From contig NC_047016.1 of the NCBI RefSeq assembly GCF_902652985.1, positions 7,192,001 to 7,256,000 of the forward strand: 64,000 nucleotides of DNA, given 5' to 3'. This DNA comes from Pecten maximus (Eukaryota). The translations under genes were made by a program, and so were the position numbers. The notes under the pieces were generated by a model. The model had not been told where the DNA came from and did no database searches. It saw only the letters and a list, made by a program, of their open reading frames with translations. Below are positions 22,272 to 36,141 of this stretch, in pieces (the first letter of the stretch is position 1; every line of letters begins with the position of its first letter).

Positions 22272-25200
22272 CTCGAGTCAGTTAAATCTGCAAAAAAAAA
22301 AAAAAAAAAAGGCTATTTTGAAATGAAAGCGGTTCATAGATGTTATCAATAGCAATGACATTACGAAGTAAGCATATCTTCCAACATTAGTCAGTGTTAT
22401 TGAGTAGTATCCATGGTACCCGGGGGATAGTCACTTACTTAAAAGGACATTTTCTTGCTCTATGATAATAAAGCTGTGTTTTATACGAACTCAGCGTTCT
22501 TTCGTACAACTGGTCTTGGTGATCATTGATGGTTACGTTCAAATCAGTTCATAGATACATAAAATCACGTAGAAGGAGAAAATTCAACCAATACTTAAAT
22601 AACAGGTTGTTTTACCTGTATTTATGCACAGATACAATGTCCGTTTACATAAATGTCCCAGTCACAATCACACCCTAGAAAGGTTTTTAATAATTAACTG
22701 CCGTCCAGGAATAGTTATCGTACTAATTATCTGAGTCCGTTCCGTTCTGCGAATATGAAAATAAATTTAAGGTAGAACTACTTCCTCCTCTACACTGATA
22801 TTGCATGTTAAATTAATAAAAAAAAAAAAAAAAAAAATTGCGTGCATTTATATATAGATTATAAGACAAATGTTATAAATAGCAATTACTTAATAAAACA
22901 TGTCCACCAACGATAGTCAATTGAACCAGGACTTAAATTATAAATCATAGGTAGAATTCTGGTGCCAAAGTAATTATCTTTCTGTGGCATAGATATTAAA
23001 GATATTTAAAATTGTATTACCAAGAACGCTGGGTGCTGTAGGCATATGCAGGTACCATGGAAATTCCGCTGACAATGTAATACCCGGACTTCGTCACTAT
23101 TGACACCATGTCTTGTATACATACAAGGAAGTGCAGTGACGTGTCATATTGACTCTTGAATTACCACAGGTAATATACGCGAGGTAAAGGCTGAAGCTTT
23201 ATCAAGTGATTATATCTAGCTTGAGTTCACAATAAATACACGTCAAATGAATGCAATAATAAAGTGTGGTAAATATGCACTATATAAGGTAGTGTATTAT
23301 TGTTCATTGAAGTTATCGTCTCATAAAACGTTATTCCTATGTAAGAGTATTACATGAAGAGTTAACCCTTATACAATTGATGAACAGTTGGATGTTGTGG
23401 TCTGACATGGAGACGTGTATCTAATATCAAGTTGAGGCTGACGACCATAGATGTCACGAGGTGTGGTATATGGATCAAACTTCACACAAACCTGCATTGA
23501 TATGCAACCAAACAAAGCATAAACAATCACACTGTTCAACAATCCTTCACACACTCCTAACAATGCATAGATCCAAATTTCACACGCTACAAATGGCTCA
23601 CGCTAAGCAAAAATAATGCAGTAATAACTGGTAGAGTTCTATGTATTTCACTCCACAAGAGGTCACCGTAGATATATGGTTCACGCGTAAAAATGTATGT
23701 AATTAATGTATATAAAAGACTTCTTGCCATACTGTAAATCATTCCAGGTTGAATCAGTAACTATAAATGACGACTCAATATTACACAAGAGTTACATCCT
23801 AATCTAGTACAATTGTCTTATACACATTTGAACGCCTTTAGTATTTCTGATAATCTAAACTTCTTTAGGAAAAATTATGAAGTCTCAAGTCAGTCTTTCA
23901 AATATAACAGTTCATGTCTCAATCTTGTGATAAACGTATGACAATGTATGTAGCATTAGACCATAGTTAATATAAAAACACCAATTTAATCAACATTTAA
24001 TATGCATTCTCGTATCAAGCAAGAAATACGTATTTGATAATACGTGCAACAAAATTGGCTTAGAATATGTATAATTTTAATACATCATTTAAAAGAGTAA
24101 CTATCAGAGAGATCAAAAGTCATGCAATACTGGACTAGGGAAAACAACACCTGTGATTGACAGGTTGTGTGTAGAATCTGATACAGAGCTCAGGGGCGTA
24201 GGCCGCGTGATTTCCTTAGTGATAGAAAAGGGAAAGCATCGCTCCAATCTTAGTAGATATTGCTATAGCCATGATAAACGATGACAATAATAGATAGGCT
24301 ACTGGGATCAGGAGGGGCCAATGATCAGGTACATGTGTTGTCGCACGTGCGACATGCAAATAACTTAAGGACACGGGATATTAGGTATTAGAAGAAGAAA
24401 GCTAAAGGCGAGGAGGGAGAACAAGCGGATAACGCTAAAGGAGAGGGAGCTCCCTTGGACGGGGAAGGGAGAGCTCCCTTGGGAAAAACACGAAGGGAAG
24501 AGGTAGAAGAGAGCACACGAAGGGGTGAGGGGAAAGAGAACAATGGCCATTGGAGACGGAGAGAGTTAAAGGAGTGGGGATAGTAGATGTGTAACACTCG
24601 GGAAGAATTGATAAACTGTATACAAAAGTAAACACAACGCAAAGTAATAAACTATTGTAAACCATAAGATGTTATTGTGTTACATACATCATCTTACAGG
24701 TAGTTTCATCCGGACACACAGTCATCCACAATATTTTGGCACACAGCCTCATGAAAATAGTCGATATAAAATAATAGGTCACATAGTCTTACAAAATAGA
24801 GCTCCTCGAATACACAGCTTGAACATTATATAAATGCACATATACAGGCACAAAACTATCCTTAGTACCAAGCTAACATATATTGGCATCATTTTTTTTG
24901 TAGATACTTGCAGGCTCTCATTACCACCCAGCTAATACAAAGTTTTGAGCCCTAGCCTATACAAACTTTACTGTCTAGGTCTGTCTCGTACTACACCACC
25001 CTACCTTGTATACCTCATACCTTTACTGTCTGGTACTACCCTACCTTTTGTACCTCATACCTTTACTGTCTCGGTCTGTCTCGTACTACCCCACCCTACC
25101 TTGGTTACCCTATAACATAGCTGGTAACTGCATACCTAGCATGTGTTCCTCAACTCTCATGAGTTATCTGAGACACGTACAGTCCCTGAACTGGTCAAAC

Positions 25201-27320
25201 CAGTTTTCAGATTCACCCTGGCGAAGCACGTGCACTTATCAGAAATAACATGAAGAAATTCCCCTAATATATATAAATTTATTAGAGAAGAACATATTTG
25301 ATATTTACAATTACGCACATGGCTTTCCCCCATGGAAGTCGCCACGGTAGTAGGGGATAGCTCGCATCACCTCTAAAGCACCAAAGCAATAAGTATTGGT
25401 AGATAGATTACAATGCATCTGAACAGATGCTGCATACTAAGAAATGTCCAAATAATCATAATTTCTTGTGGTTGTTAACACCCACGCCAAATTGAGAGAG
25501 TCTCGACTTCTCGGGGGTGTTTCCATTAATACTCATATAGCTGGTATCCTTACCTTGATTATGATTATATTTGAAACAGTGATCTCATGGTAAAGTTTGT
25601 TTAAAACATCTTACATCCATATAGGGAGGTCCTTATTTGACATGCATTGTTTTGATCGACGGGTTCCAGATAGTTGTATATATCCGTTGATGACATGTGA
25701 GTTTCATACTGCAGTCTTTTTTTGATTGGGGAAACTAAGTAATAACATCAATATTTTCTATGCCAAATAAGAACGTAATAATACACATGGTACAAGATTG
25801 ACATTATATAGATATATTCACTTTCTACACAAATACAACATTAACAAAGTCTGTTTTCTCTTGAAAGTTGTGGTTTACAACCTCGCTATATACAAGACAA
25901 GGGAAATAATGCAAAACTTTGTAAGAATTTTGAAAGTCAGACTAATACAAACAGAATGGATTATCCGCAACCACATAAATGTTATGATACAACGCTAACT
26001 TACTATATGTCATAATGCCTTGTTAATCACTATGTACTATTCAGCATTTGCAGCAAGTTCATGGTATTAAGTTGTCGATACAGTAACAGTTTCTAACTAC
26101 GAATTTGTGTATTTACATATTGCAATACTGTAGAGTCAATTATTAAAAAAGTGTCACCTACTCATAATTTATTAACAGAGGATATTCATTTGCTTGTTTT
26201 ACTGAAATCAGAATACCGTTCATGTAAATGATACATATGATAATCTGATATTCTTTGGAAACCACTCAATTTTCTATAACTTACTTCATTTGTGTGACGA
26301 AAAAATGATAAAAGAAATGAATGAATAAAATAATAAAAAATTGCTGTGAAAAAGCGGGAACCAGCGGCTAAATCTTTGACGTCGAGTTTTATGACGTCAT
26401 GTTTGACAACAAAACAGTGCCAATTCGAACTGGCTGCTCAACGCATTTTCATCATGTCTTCTGCTGTTTTCTGGTAAGTTTACATAGTTGTTATCTAATC
26501 AGAATATACTTAAAATACTGAAAGGTATCCTTCAGAGAAGTAACATAACCTCTTATTATACCCTCGCTTCACATTGATCTGCACCGAAAACTTGGCAGGT
26601 TCCGATATTGAAAATTAACCATATATGTTAGCCATTTAAGTTCGTCAAATAGGTTTACCTCCTTAGTACAAAATTAAAGTTGAAATGGTACCTTTTAAAT
26701 GAATTAACATTTATAATGATCACAGTTTTACAAATCTTAACGTCTATTACAGTATTTTAAGGAAACTATTTACATAAAGATATCAAAACACAAACAAACG
26801 AACATACAAATCAAAACAAAAACCAAAATCGAATTTAAGAGTTTTCCATCGACTGGCTTGGGTTTCAAAAAGATTTAAAAAAGCGATATTAAAAGACAAA
26901 ACGGGATATCCCCTGCTTCAACCCTCTTGTGTTAATGAGATATATAACCTTTAATTTAAAGCTATTTACAGTATCTTGATGCTTGCGTATTATGCTGACC
27001 GCAAATTGACATATTTTGGGTTTGTCACCTGCTTTCAACATGTAAAGAGAATTTACAATTTCACACCATTTTAAAAACGTTCTTTTCTTTCTGTTGGAGA
27101 ATTTGCAAAATATTGAAATTGGGGAATATACTTTTATTTCGGAAGCTTTAATGCAGCGCGTGGAGCAGCGTATGAGATTTGTATATTACGTCATAAAACC
27201 TCAGTCACATTTAATGTTTTCCTATTCCAACACTTTTGTCCTTATAAAAGATAAAACCAGACAAATTGAATTTCTTATTGGGCACTTCTAATAGTGAACA
27301 TTAACTTTTGCCATCATCAA

Positions 27321-27435
27321 ATGATCTTTATTGGATCTATGTAAGCCTTGATGTTTTCTCTTCTTTTCTATCTTTTCTGATCTTTATTGGATCTATGTAA
27401 GCCTTGATGTTTTCTCTTCTTTTCTATCTTTTCTG
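27321..27435. repeat. ~56-bp perfect tandem duplication within a decayed HINE-like fragment (~27290-27785)
   Basis: tgatctttattggatctatgtaagccttgatgttttctcttcttttctatcttttc occurs twice. The reverse complement resembles the 3' region of the 39623-41558 element. Confidence 0.7.
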
Positions 27436-28731
27436 CTCATCTTAGTCAGTTGGGCACATGCAAAAATAATCTGAAAAAAGGCAATTAAGACAATTATTTC
27501 TGAGAAATAGCGATAACGATCTTCATCTAAGATCAAACCTTGTCAACCTTTCTGTTTTTCAAATCAGTCCTGAAATAACTATGAACAATAAGGGAAACGA
27601 GATCCTACACATAGTGTTTGAGAAATATCCTGCAAGAACTTCTTAAAAATGATGAAAAAAAAAGTTTGAAATGCCAAAAATATCAGCCATATCGTTTTCC
27701 TGATCAGACTCTAAATTGATCATGCACATCAACAATGGACTAAGGAAAACCTACACATTAATTTTGGAAATATCCTCCTAGTATTTCGTTCTTAAAATGT
27801 CCAGATATAAATGAACCTTCAGATCGAACAAACATCAATTTCAGTATCCTCATCCAATTATACAGTATGAAACAGTGTTTAGACACCTTAAAACCTCACT
27901 AGTTATGTGTATTCCTTTTCAACGATCATGTCAGTGCTGTTAAAAATGGACTTAACTATAATGAAGTTATTTGTGGGAAGTTTTATAAGTGATTATATAT
28001 AAGTCATTAAAATGCATGGTGCATTATGAATATGATACTTGGTTCGAATATATCACTGTTACTTTGATGCCAATTAAGCAATTCATAAAATATTTCCGTG
28101 TCAAGACATAAATATACGAGATAGTATAATTACAATCACTAAAGTAAGTAGAAAAACTCAGTATGTCAAAACCAGGTGTTTTTTAGGCAGGTATACATTT
28201 GCCTCGATCTCACATTATTGTATTGATAACCGATTTGACATGTTCCGCGCCTAGCATACCCCAGGATACACAGACTTATTTACAAGCAATGTAAAAACGG
28301 AAGCGTTTGTACTTCCTTGAATATTGTACCGGAAGGTGTCTTAATCATTGTGGAACACCTAAAAAAAAAAAAAACACAGAGAAAACTGAAAATGTGTTTA
28401 ACCTTAATATGAAAACTTTAATTCTAATTCAAAATTTAGACCATATTATGAACAAAAATATATTTATATAGAGATTCTAGAAACAGTTCAAAGATAACAT
28501 GAAGTGTTCTAATCAAATCTAGGTCACATCCTCCAATAAGAACCAGGGAAGTGACAACAAAAACGTACACCAACGTTATTCCTACTCTATTGGTGGTGCT
28601 CTTCGTGTTGTCCATCTATAAATCATTGTTAAGTTTTGCAATGATTACTAAACATTGTTTCTGTCTACTTTTGAACAAAAATACGAAGTTTTTAATTGAA
28701 CAACATGCATATAATGTCGATCCATTTCAAG

Positions 28732-30507
28732 CTAGTTGTTTTTCATTTTAGAGGTGCGGGCAAATCGACCAAGGGCAGTTCCAACACCGACTGCTAAGGC
28801 ACCGCCCAAATTCGCCATTTCTTCTGCTTTATCCACCTGCAATGGATGCAAAGACACTTAGTTAGTATAATGGACAGTGTAGTCAAGTCCTTAACACTTA
28901 ACAATATCCGCGCATGCTACATAAGCGGTTTAAAGAAAATAATTATATTAATAAAATTTAATGTAAGACAGGCGGTTTTGGCATTCACACGTAGACTGGC
29001 TGCATTTAAAACAATGAATTGTACTTATGTATAAGTTGATGGTAATCATGTTTGGTTTAACAGCGGCTTGTTGTTGGAGTTTGTTAAGTATTATTGTTTT
29101 TTTTTAATTTAATGTTTAGAGTCGTGGGGAAAACATCAAATAGATTATACTAGCACCATTTTGGATGTTATTGTCATTAAAAACGTCGGAGCTTTTTTAT
29201 ATGAGTGTAGAAGCATAAATATATATATATATATAACATAGTAACACTACTGACGAAAGAAGACAACATTATGACTCCTGTCCTGACCGGGCCTCGAACT
29301 CACGATCTACGGCACCTACTCGAGGCACAAGTCATAAAGTTGTCATCGTTCGTTAATTGTGTTACTATGTTATACATAATTATATAAAGCTGGACACTTA
29401 TTTACTATGTCATTGTACAAAAATGTGTACATCATAAGTGCAGTATGGATACCTGTTCGGACCACGACTTGTCGTATCTAAGAAAGGCTGCAAAGTGTTC
29501 ACAGTTATACCATAAAACGTTGTAGTCAATCTCCCCGACCATTTCCTTCGCCCTCCTAACGATTTCGCGTGGGTGTAGTGGCCTGGAAGTAAAACAGTTA
29601 ACATCATTAAACGAAAACTTTTTGGCAGAACTCAGATGCTGACGTGTTAAACCATCGCTCCAGATAACTCACTTTTTAAACTTTATTTATTGCAGTATAT
29701 CTGCTGCCAATATATACGTCATTTAGAAATGATGAGATGGGGATAGCAAATCAAAAAGGGAGTGGAGTGTATTTGTTTGGAGGAGGTGAGGTGAGGTGGG
29801 AGATAGCAGATCAAAAGGGAGGTCAGGTGAGTGGTATATCAGATCAAAAGGGAGGTGGCGTGGGGAATAGCAGATAAAAAGAACAAAACTAGAAGCAAAG
29901 TTACGAACCTTCGGTGGTGAATTTGTGCCGAATAGACAAGTGTGCATAAGAATCATCAAAAGAGTTTTCCATGACAACATTTATGCTGGCATGATGCACA
30001 ACCTGATTCCAGTACACGCCCTAATTTGTAATAGACATGTATTTACTATAATACATACCTGCATACACGATCCTTCCCATTGTTTCGTATAGCTTTACAT
30101 CCCTCAGTAACTTTGATGAAATCCTCAATCTTTACGCAGGCCTTTTGCACCACAAAAACAGAGAATACACTTCCAAAGGAAAAAGCATTCGAACTACCAC
30201 CGTCTCCTCCAGTTAAATGTACAATTTGTCCGTCTCCTAATTGAACGCAAAAACTATCTTTTTATATCAGAGGATACAAAGCAATGAAACTAAATAAATA
30301 TGTCAAAGAAACAACCTAATTTTACCCATGAACCAACAGATGGGATTCTCAAATAATTTTATGTAAAATATCAGTAATATTCCAGCAATATTTACCTATA
30401 TAAACACCCCAATGAGAATACAGTGATCTTGGAAATTCCACCAAATCTCCAACTTCTAACTCTCTGAGAACTGTAGCATTGTGGGAGTCTACATTTTCTG
30501 AAGCCAT
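28732..30507 (-). CDS. PLAAT/HRASLS-like paralog C, 174 aa
   Basis: Exons 30507-30396, 30236-30059 (9 nt shorter, in frame), 29582-29453, 28836-28732. Catalytic H, H and NCEHF are retained. Confidence 0.88.
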
Positions 30508-32519
30508 CTCGAGTCAGCTTAATCTGAAACAAAAATACCCGGGGATAGCCATATGCTTTGACAGGACCTTTTCTTGATCTATGATAATAAGGCAATGTTT
30601 TCATATGAATATAGCTTTCTTATTTATGGTTGGTACAGATCAATTCATATATATATCAAAACTATAGAGGGAGCAAGTATCTAAGGTTTATCTACTTGGT
30701 TCCTTTCCATACCTTACATGTATTTAAACATAGATTACACAGATACAGTGCCCGTTTACATAAATGCCCCTGTCACGATCACACACAAAAAAAGTTTTCA
30801 ATAATGAAATCCTCTGCAGTCCAGGAGTAACTATCTTATTAAACCTCAAAGTCCGTTACGTTCTGTGAATATGAAAATAAATCTAGGGTAGAAATAATTC
30901 CTCCTCTACACTGAAATTGTATGCATTTATCTATAAAACATGAACACCTCACAAGTGCTCATATTAAATGTTAATTTTAAAATTCTAAATATGACCGGGG
31001 TGCACTGTGGAAAGTACAAGGTTGGCAACTCCATCACGTTTGAAACGGTGCCCCACTTCACTTCTATCGGCTAAAAATCACACTTATTCAAACTGACACA
31101 GTGACTACTAAATACGACCACTGCCAAGAAACATTGATTTCTAACCTGCAGTGTCACTTACTATCGTGAATTCCTTCAACAAGAGACCATTTTGTAAACT
31201 TCCCTTTCAGCCTGTCCAGATTCCTCATTTACATACGTACAAATCGTCGTTTGTGAGATCATGGACTAATTATATAACCGCATTTTATGTCAGTGATAAA
31301 ATCGTCATTTCCTTTTCTTCGCTTTCACTTTCATCATTTTGGTATTAAAACGAAGTTTTAAAATAGAAAGATTGCGTGTACATTGATATGGGCGTATAAT
31401 GAGACTCTCATTATGTATGTACGTACACGTTCCGTCCCAGACCTTTAAATTTGTTTGTATGTATTATTCGGACGGGGTAATAACTAATTGTTATTTAACA
31501 TTTTATTTTCAAATTGAACGTGTTATCTATGTATGGTTAAGCATGCCTTCTTCAATTTAAAAAAAACAAAACAAAAAACAAAACATGAGCCACTTACTAG
31601 CTAATCTGTATATCGAAAGACCATACAAAATATCGGGAGTCCATGCAAAGCCAGTATCCATTGATAAAGCAGACTAGCTCAGAGGTCAATGCCATTTTAA
31701 GGACTCTAACTAACATTTGCACATTCCACATACCGTAAGAACTCTATGTTTAATTTCTTAGCCTTGTTGAATGTTAAATTTAAGTTTTAAAATCTGCGTT
31801 TCGCAACAGATTTTCATTTCCTATATGACTGATTGTTTTCCCTTTCTTTTTTATTTAATAATTTGACCTGTATCTGTTTTTAGGCCGATGTATCTAAAAC
31901 ATTTTTTCGAGGCGGGGAATGGTTTTGATTTCTGGCTTAAGCCTTAAATGAGAACTATTGTTTGGAAATACATTGTACTCTCAAATCTTCTCTTTTCTTT
32001 CCCATTTCAATGCAATATTTTTCTGCTGTAAGCCACGTTAATTGTGTTAATTCTTTGACATTGTTGACGCACTTATCGTCAATTTAGTTTAAGGTGAGGT
32101 CAAGTAAGCAAATAATACTTTTTTTTAATATTTAATTTGAATGAAAAAGTTCAAACTTAAATGAAACCCGTCCTCAGTATTTCTGTAATCGCATAACCTA
32201 CAAATTGTTTGGCAATTTTCAATTCAACTATATTAGTACTTTTATCATTACAAATGTAATGTGTTCACTAAACGTGAACAAAATAGAAATAACAATATAA
32301 TGTAACACTAGATCAACTGGATACAGGCCTGTCTTCCTCCACTCTAATGACTGTACATGTTTTATAGATAAACAGGTCTCAAGTAAGCAATAACCAGTTG
32401 GTATACGTACCAATTTCCCTATTATAATAAGCTGATGCGATGACAGACTTTTTCCTGTTGTGTGTTTATTCCTTTTGTCGTGGTTTCAGCAAACGGACGA
32501 GATTCAGTCATATATGTAT

Positions 32520-33032
32520 TTTGTTCTTACTCTGTGACAAAAGGATGCCACTGCATTTTCACTTTTTTTTTTTTTTTTACTTCCAAATGTTGTTTTGTTT
32601 CAGGTTGGTCCGAAATTCAAGATGGCTGTTACGGCAGTCATCTTGAAAAATACATTTTAAAATTCTTCCCAGTTCATCTGTTGCCATTGAGCTGGAAATT
32701 GGTGAGGATGTTAAGGGAGGGGAGCCAACAAAATGTTGTTATTTTTCAGCCTTTTAAAAACTTTGACATGACAGCTACGGTCGCCATTTTGTAACATGAT
32801 TGTGCAATCATGATTTTCCTGAACAACACCTATTTTACACTCCTTCTCAAGTTCCAACCAGAAAGGATTTTGAGATGGTCCTGACCAAGTGTTGTTATTT
32901 TTCTGGTCGGTCTGAAATCCAAGATGGCCATCATGGCCAACAGTGCCACTTTACTTGCTACAGAGTATGTATACTACAATAGTACAAGGATCATTATAAT
33001 CAGATTACCGTTAAAGCCCATGGTCCTTTTGT
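32520..33032 (+). mobile_element. Decayed HINE-like element (AAATCCAAGATGGC family)
   Basis: Recurrent ccgaaat(t/c)caagatggc and ccaagtgttgttattttt motifs. The 3' end accgttaaagcccatggtccttttgtt is related to 46160-47040. Confidence 0.55.
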
Positions 33033-33049
33033 TATGTTTGCGTGTCGAT

Positions 33050-34130
33050 GTTGTAAATGCATACCTACTGTTTTTATGTTTGAGTGTCCATGTTGTAGAG
33101 ACACTATTATTTTTGAATGACTTCTGTTTTTATGTTTGCGTGTCAATGTTGTAGATACACTATTATTTTTGAATGACTTCTGTTTTTATGTTTGCGTGTC
33201 CATGTTGTAGATACACTTCTATTTTTGAATGACTTCTGTTTTTATGTTTGCGTGTCCATGTTGTAGATACATTACTATTTTTGAATGACTTCTGTTTTTA
33301 TGTTTGCGTGTCCATGTTGTAGATACACTTCTATTTTTGAATGACTTCTGTTTTTATGTTTGCGTGTCCATGTTGTAGATACACTACTATTTTTGAATGA
33401 CTTCTGTTTTTATGTTTGCGTGTCCATGTTGTAGATACACTATTATTTTTGAATGACTTCTGTTTTTATGTTTGCGTGTCCATGTTGTAGATACATTACT
33501 ATTTTTGAATGACTTCTGTTTTTATGTTTGCGTGTCCATGTTGTAGATACACTATTATTTTTGAATGACTTCTGTTTTTATGTTTGAGTGTCCATGCTGT
33601 ACATATGCCTATGTTGTAAATGAATGACTTCTGTTTTTATGTTTGAGTGTACATGTTGTAGATACACTACTATTTTTGAATGACTTCTGTTTTTATGTTT
33701 GCGTGTCCATGTTGTAGATACACTATTATTTTTGAATGACTTCTGTTTTTATGTTTGCGTGTCCATGCTGTAGATACACTACTATTTTTGAATGACTTCT
33801 GTTTTTATGTTTGAGTGTCCATGTTGTAGATACACTACTATTTTTGAATGACTTCTGTTTTTATGTTTGCGTGTCCATGCTGTAGATACACTACTATTTT
33901 TGAATGACTTCTGTTTTTATGTTTGCGTGTCCATGTTGTAGATACACTACTATTTTTGAATGACTTCTGTTTTTATGTTTGCGTGTCCATGTTGTAGATA
34001 CACTACTATTTTTGAATGACTTCTGTTTTTATGTTTGAGTGTCCATGCTGTAGATACATTCCTACTATTTGTATGTACATATGCCTATGTTGTAAATGAA
34101 TGACTTTTGTTTATATGTTTACGTTCATTG
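33050..34130. repeat. Minisatellite, 56-bp unit, ~17-18 copies
   Basis: Unit gaatgacttctgtttttatgtttgcgtgtccatgttgtagatacactactattttt. Confidence 0.95.
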
Positions 34131-34152
34131 TTGTAAAATGTCTGCCTGCTGT

Positions 34153-34550
34153 TTTAGCTCCTCACGTGGCAGGAATTGCTCTGGGGCCTTTGGTATGGAG
34201 CACGTGTCCGTCGTCCGTCCGTCAACTTTCAACGTCTTCAAGAAAACTATAAGGAATTATGGACTGATATTAGACTATGAGGTATAATGGGAAGAATACA
34301 TTTAAGGTTACTCATATCACTGATCTTGAACTATTTTCAGGTCACGGCGATCAATTATGTTAAGTACTTTAAGAATCTTCTTCTCAAGTTACAGCAGGCC
34401 CACAGGGCTGATTTTTTGTGAGCAGATACCTAGGAGAGAGTGGTATAACGTTTCATCATATAAATGAACTATGACCTTCAGTTTCACCTAGAGGTAGATT
34501 GACATTGTGTTATCTTTAAATGTTAAAAATGTTATTGTGCATGTATAGGT
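34153..34550 (+). mobile_element. Truncated HINE-like 5' end
   Basis: ttttagctc...cgtgtccgtcgtccgtccgtcaac head like the other elements. No 3' hairpin seen. Confidence 0.45.
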
Positions 34551-36141
34551 CGGATTAAACCATGAATAACTTGAAATAAAGAAAACTACAGACTCGTCAA
34601 CAGCAACCGTTTACTGTGATTTTTACTTGCAACATAGCCAACAGTGACAGCGAACAAGTAATGATAACCATGATGGTTTCAAACTCAAAATTGTTCATTT
34701 CTATTTCTATAGATACCAACATCCCTGCTTTCCCTACATACCGAAGAAATTAGCAGCACAAGGTTTTGAGAGATACAGGTTGACGAAAACCTCGCATATT
34801 TTTGTGGTCGACATCCAGGATCTCGTTTGGAATATTCACTGCCTGAAATATGTTTTGATGCTTGAAGATTTATGTGATAGCGGTTCCGGTGTCACCACTC
34901 TTACTAACAATCGCGGTTGTGACTAGCTTTTTAAGGCGGTGACGTCGATGAAGTAGTATAAAAAAATCTATATTTGTTTGTTTTGCTTTCGTTTAACTAA
35001 ACAAAAAAAAAAAAAGCAATAAAAGAACTGAAGAAGTGTATCCAATTATCGAAGTTCGGTTAATATCGTCAAATATATAACGGAAGAAAGTAATTATACT
35101 AGATAGCTATATAATATATATATATACGGTCCATGTGGTCCCAACTTTGGATAGTCATTCTTTGTACATGCATGTATAGGTAATTATTTTTATCTCCCTA
35201 AGGTTGATAACAAAATCAAGTCCCTGGGCAGAACAATACTATAATTAATGTTATTGAAGACGAATTTTCCATTTCAAACCCCATGCTTCTGCAACGTCAC
35301 TTTTCCATTACTTTAATAATTATGATATAAAATCTGTTATATATTTCATTTTTTTAAGATTTCGTTCGTCTTAAAAATGCATACAAATAAGATAATATAA
35401 CCTCAATAAAGCCAGCTGAAGTTGGTATAGAATCAGTTTAAGATACATTCAATTATGACATTTTACAAGAACGTTGGTAATTTCTGAAAAAAAAACAAAT
35501 CCTTGTAAACATGCATAGATATATTTTCATGTACAATTCTTACGTTAATGAACGACGTAATGTAAACGGGTATATAATAAAAAATATATATAGATGTATC
35601 ATACGATATTTCTATTCTTTACAAATTACATACATGTACATGTAGGTACAATTTTGTATCAAGTGGTGAAGGTCAAGATTCTTATAATTGATACCAATGA
35701 AAGTTTAAATAAAGTGATTAAGAAACGAAACAACAAATATTTTCTTACTTTCAGTTCCTCACCATCATTATTGTTTCGAATTTAAAGCTATAGTTTATGT
35801 TAGACATGTATATGATGATTGTGTGCTGATGCTGTTTTGTGTACCTGTAATTGTACGCCTATCATGGATTATTCAATATAGAAACTATAAATTATTCGAA
35901 TTTTTCACATTTCCAACATACGCTACATATTTTTGTACAATATGTCATTACTGTCTTGATTGTTAAAGTTGCAGAAGTTATATTAGGCCTTATGGTAAAT
36001 ATCAGGCATAGGCATATCACGAATCACGGACACATTCTCAGCCGTGTCCGTGGGCCTAATTTACTAGAAAACGTATTAATTACGTCTTTCTCAATACGAA
36101 TTACCTCCCTTGTTATGTGCTCTTCCGGTTTATCTCCAAAA

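Noticed and set aside
33050-34130. 56-bp array as possible CRISPR or coding repeat
   Set aside because: Head-to-tail monomers without spacers, and stops in the frames.
35851-36141. N-terminal 97 codons of the 233-aa ORF
   Set aside because: Starts at TTG and has non-protein-like AT-rich composition. ATG 36142 in an AAAATG context is the more plausible start, although an upstream ATG is not excluded.
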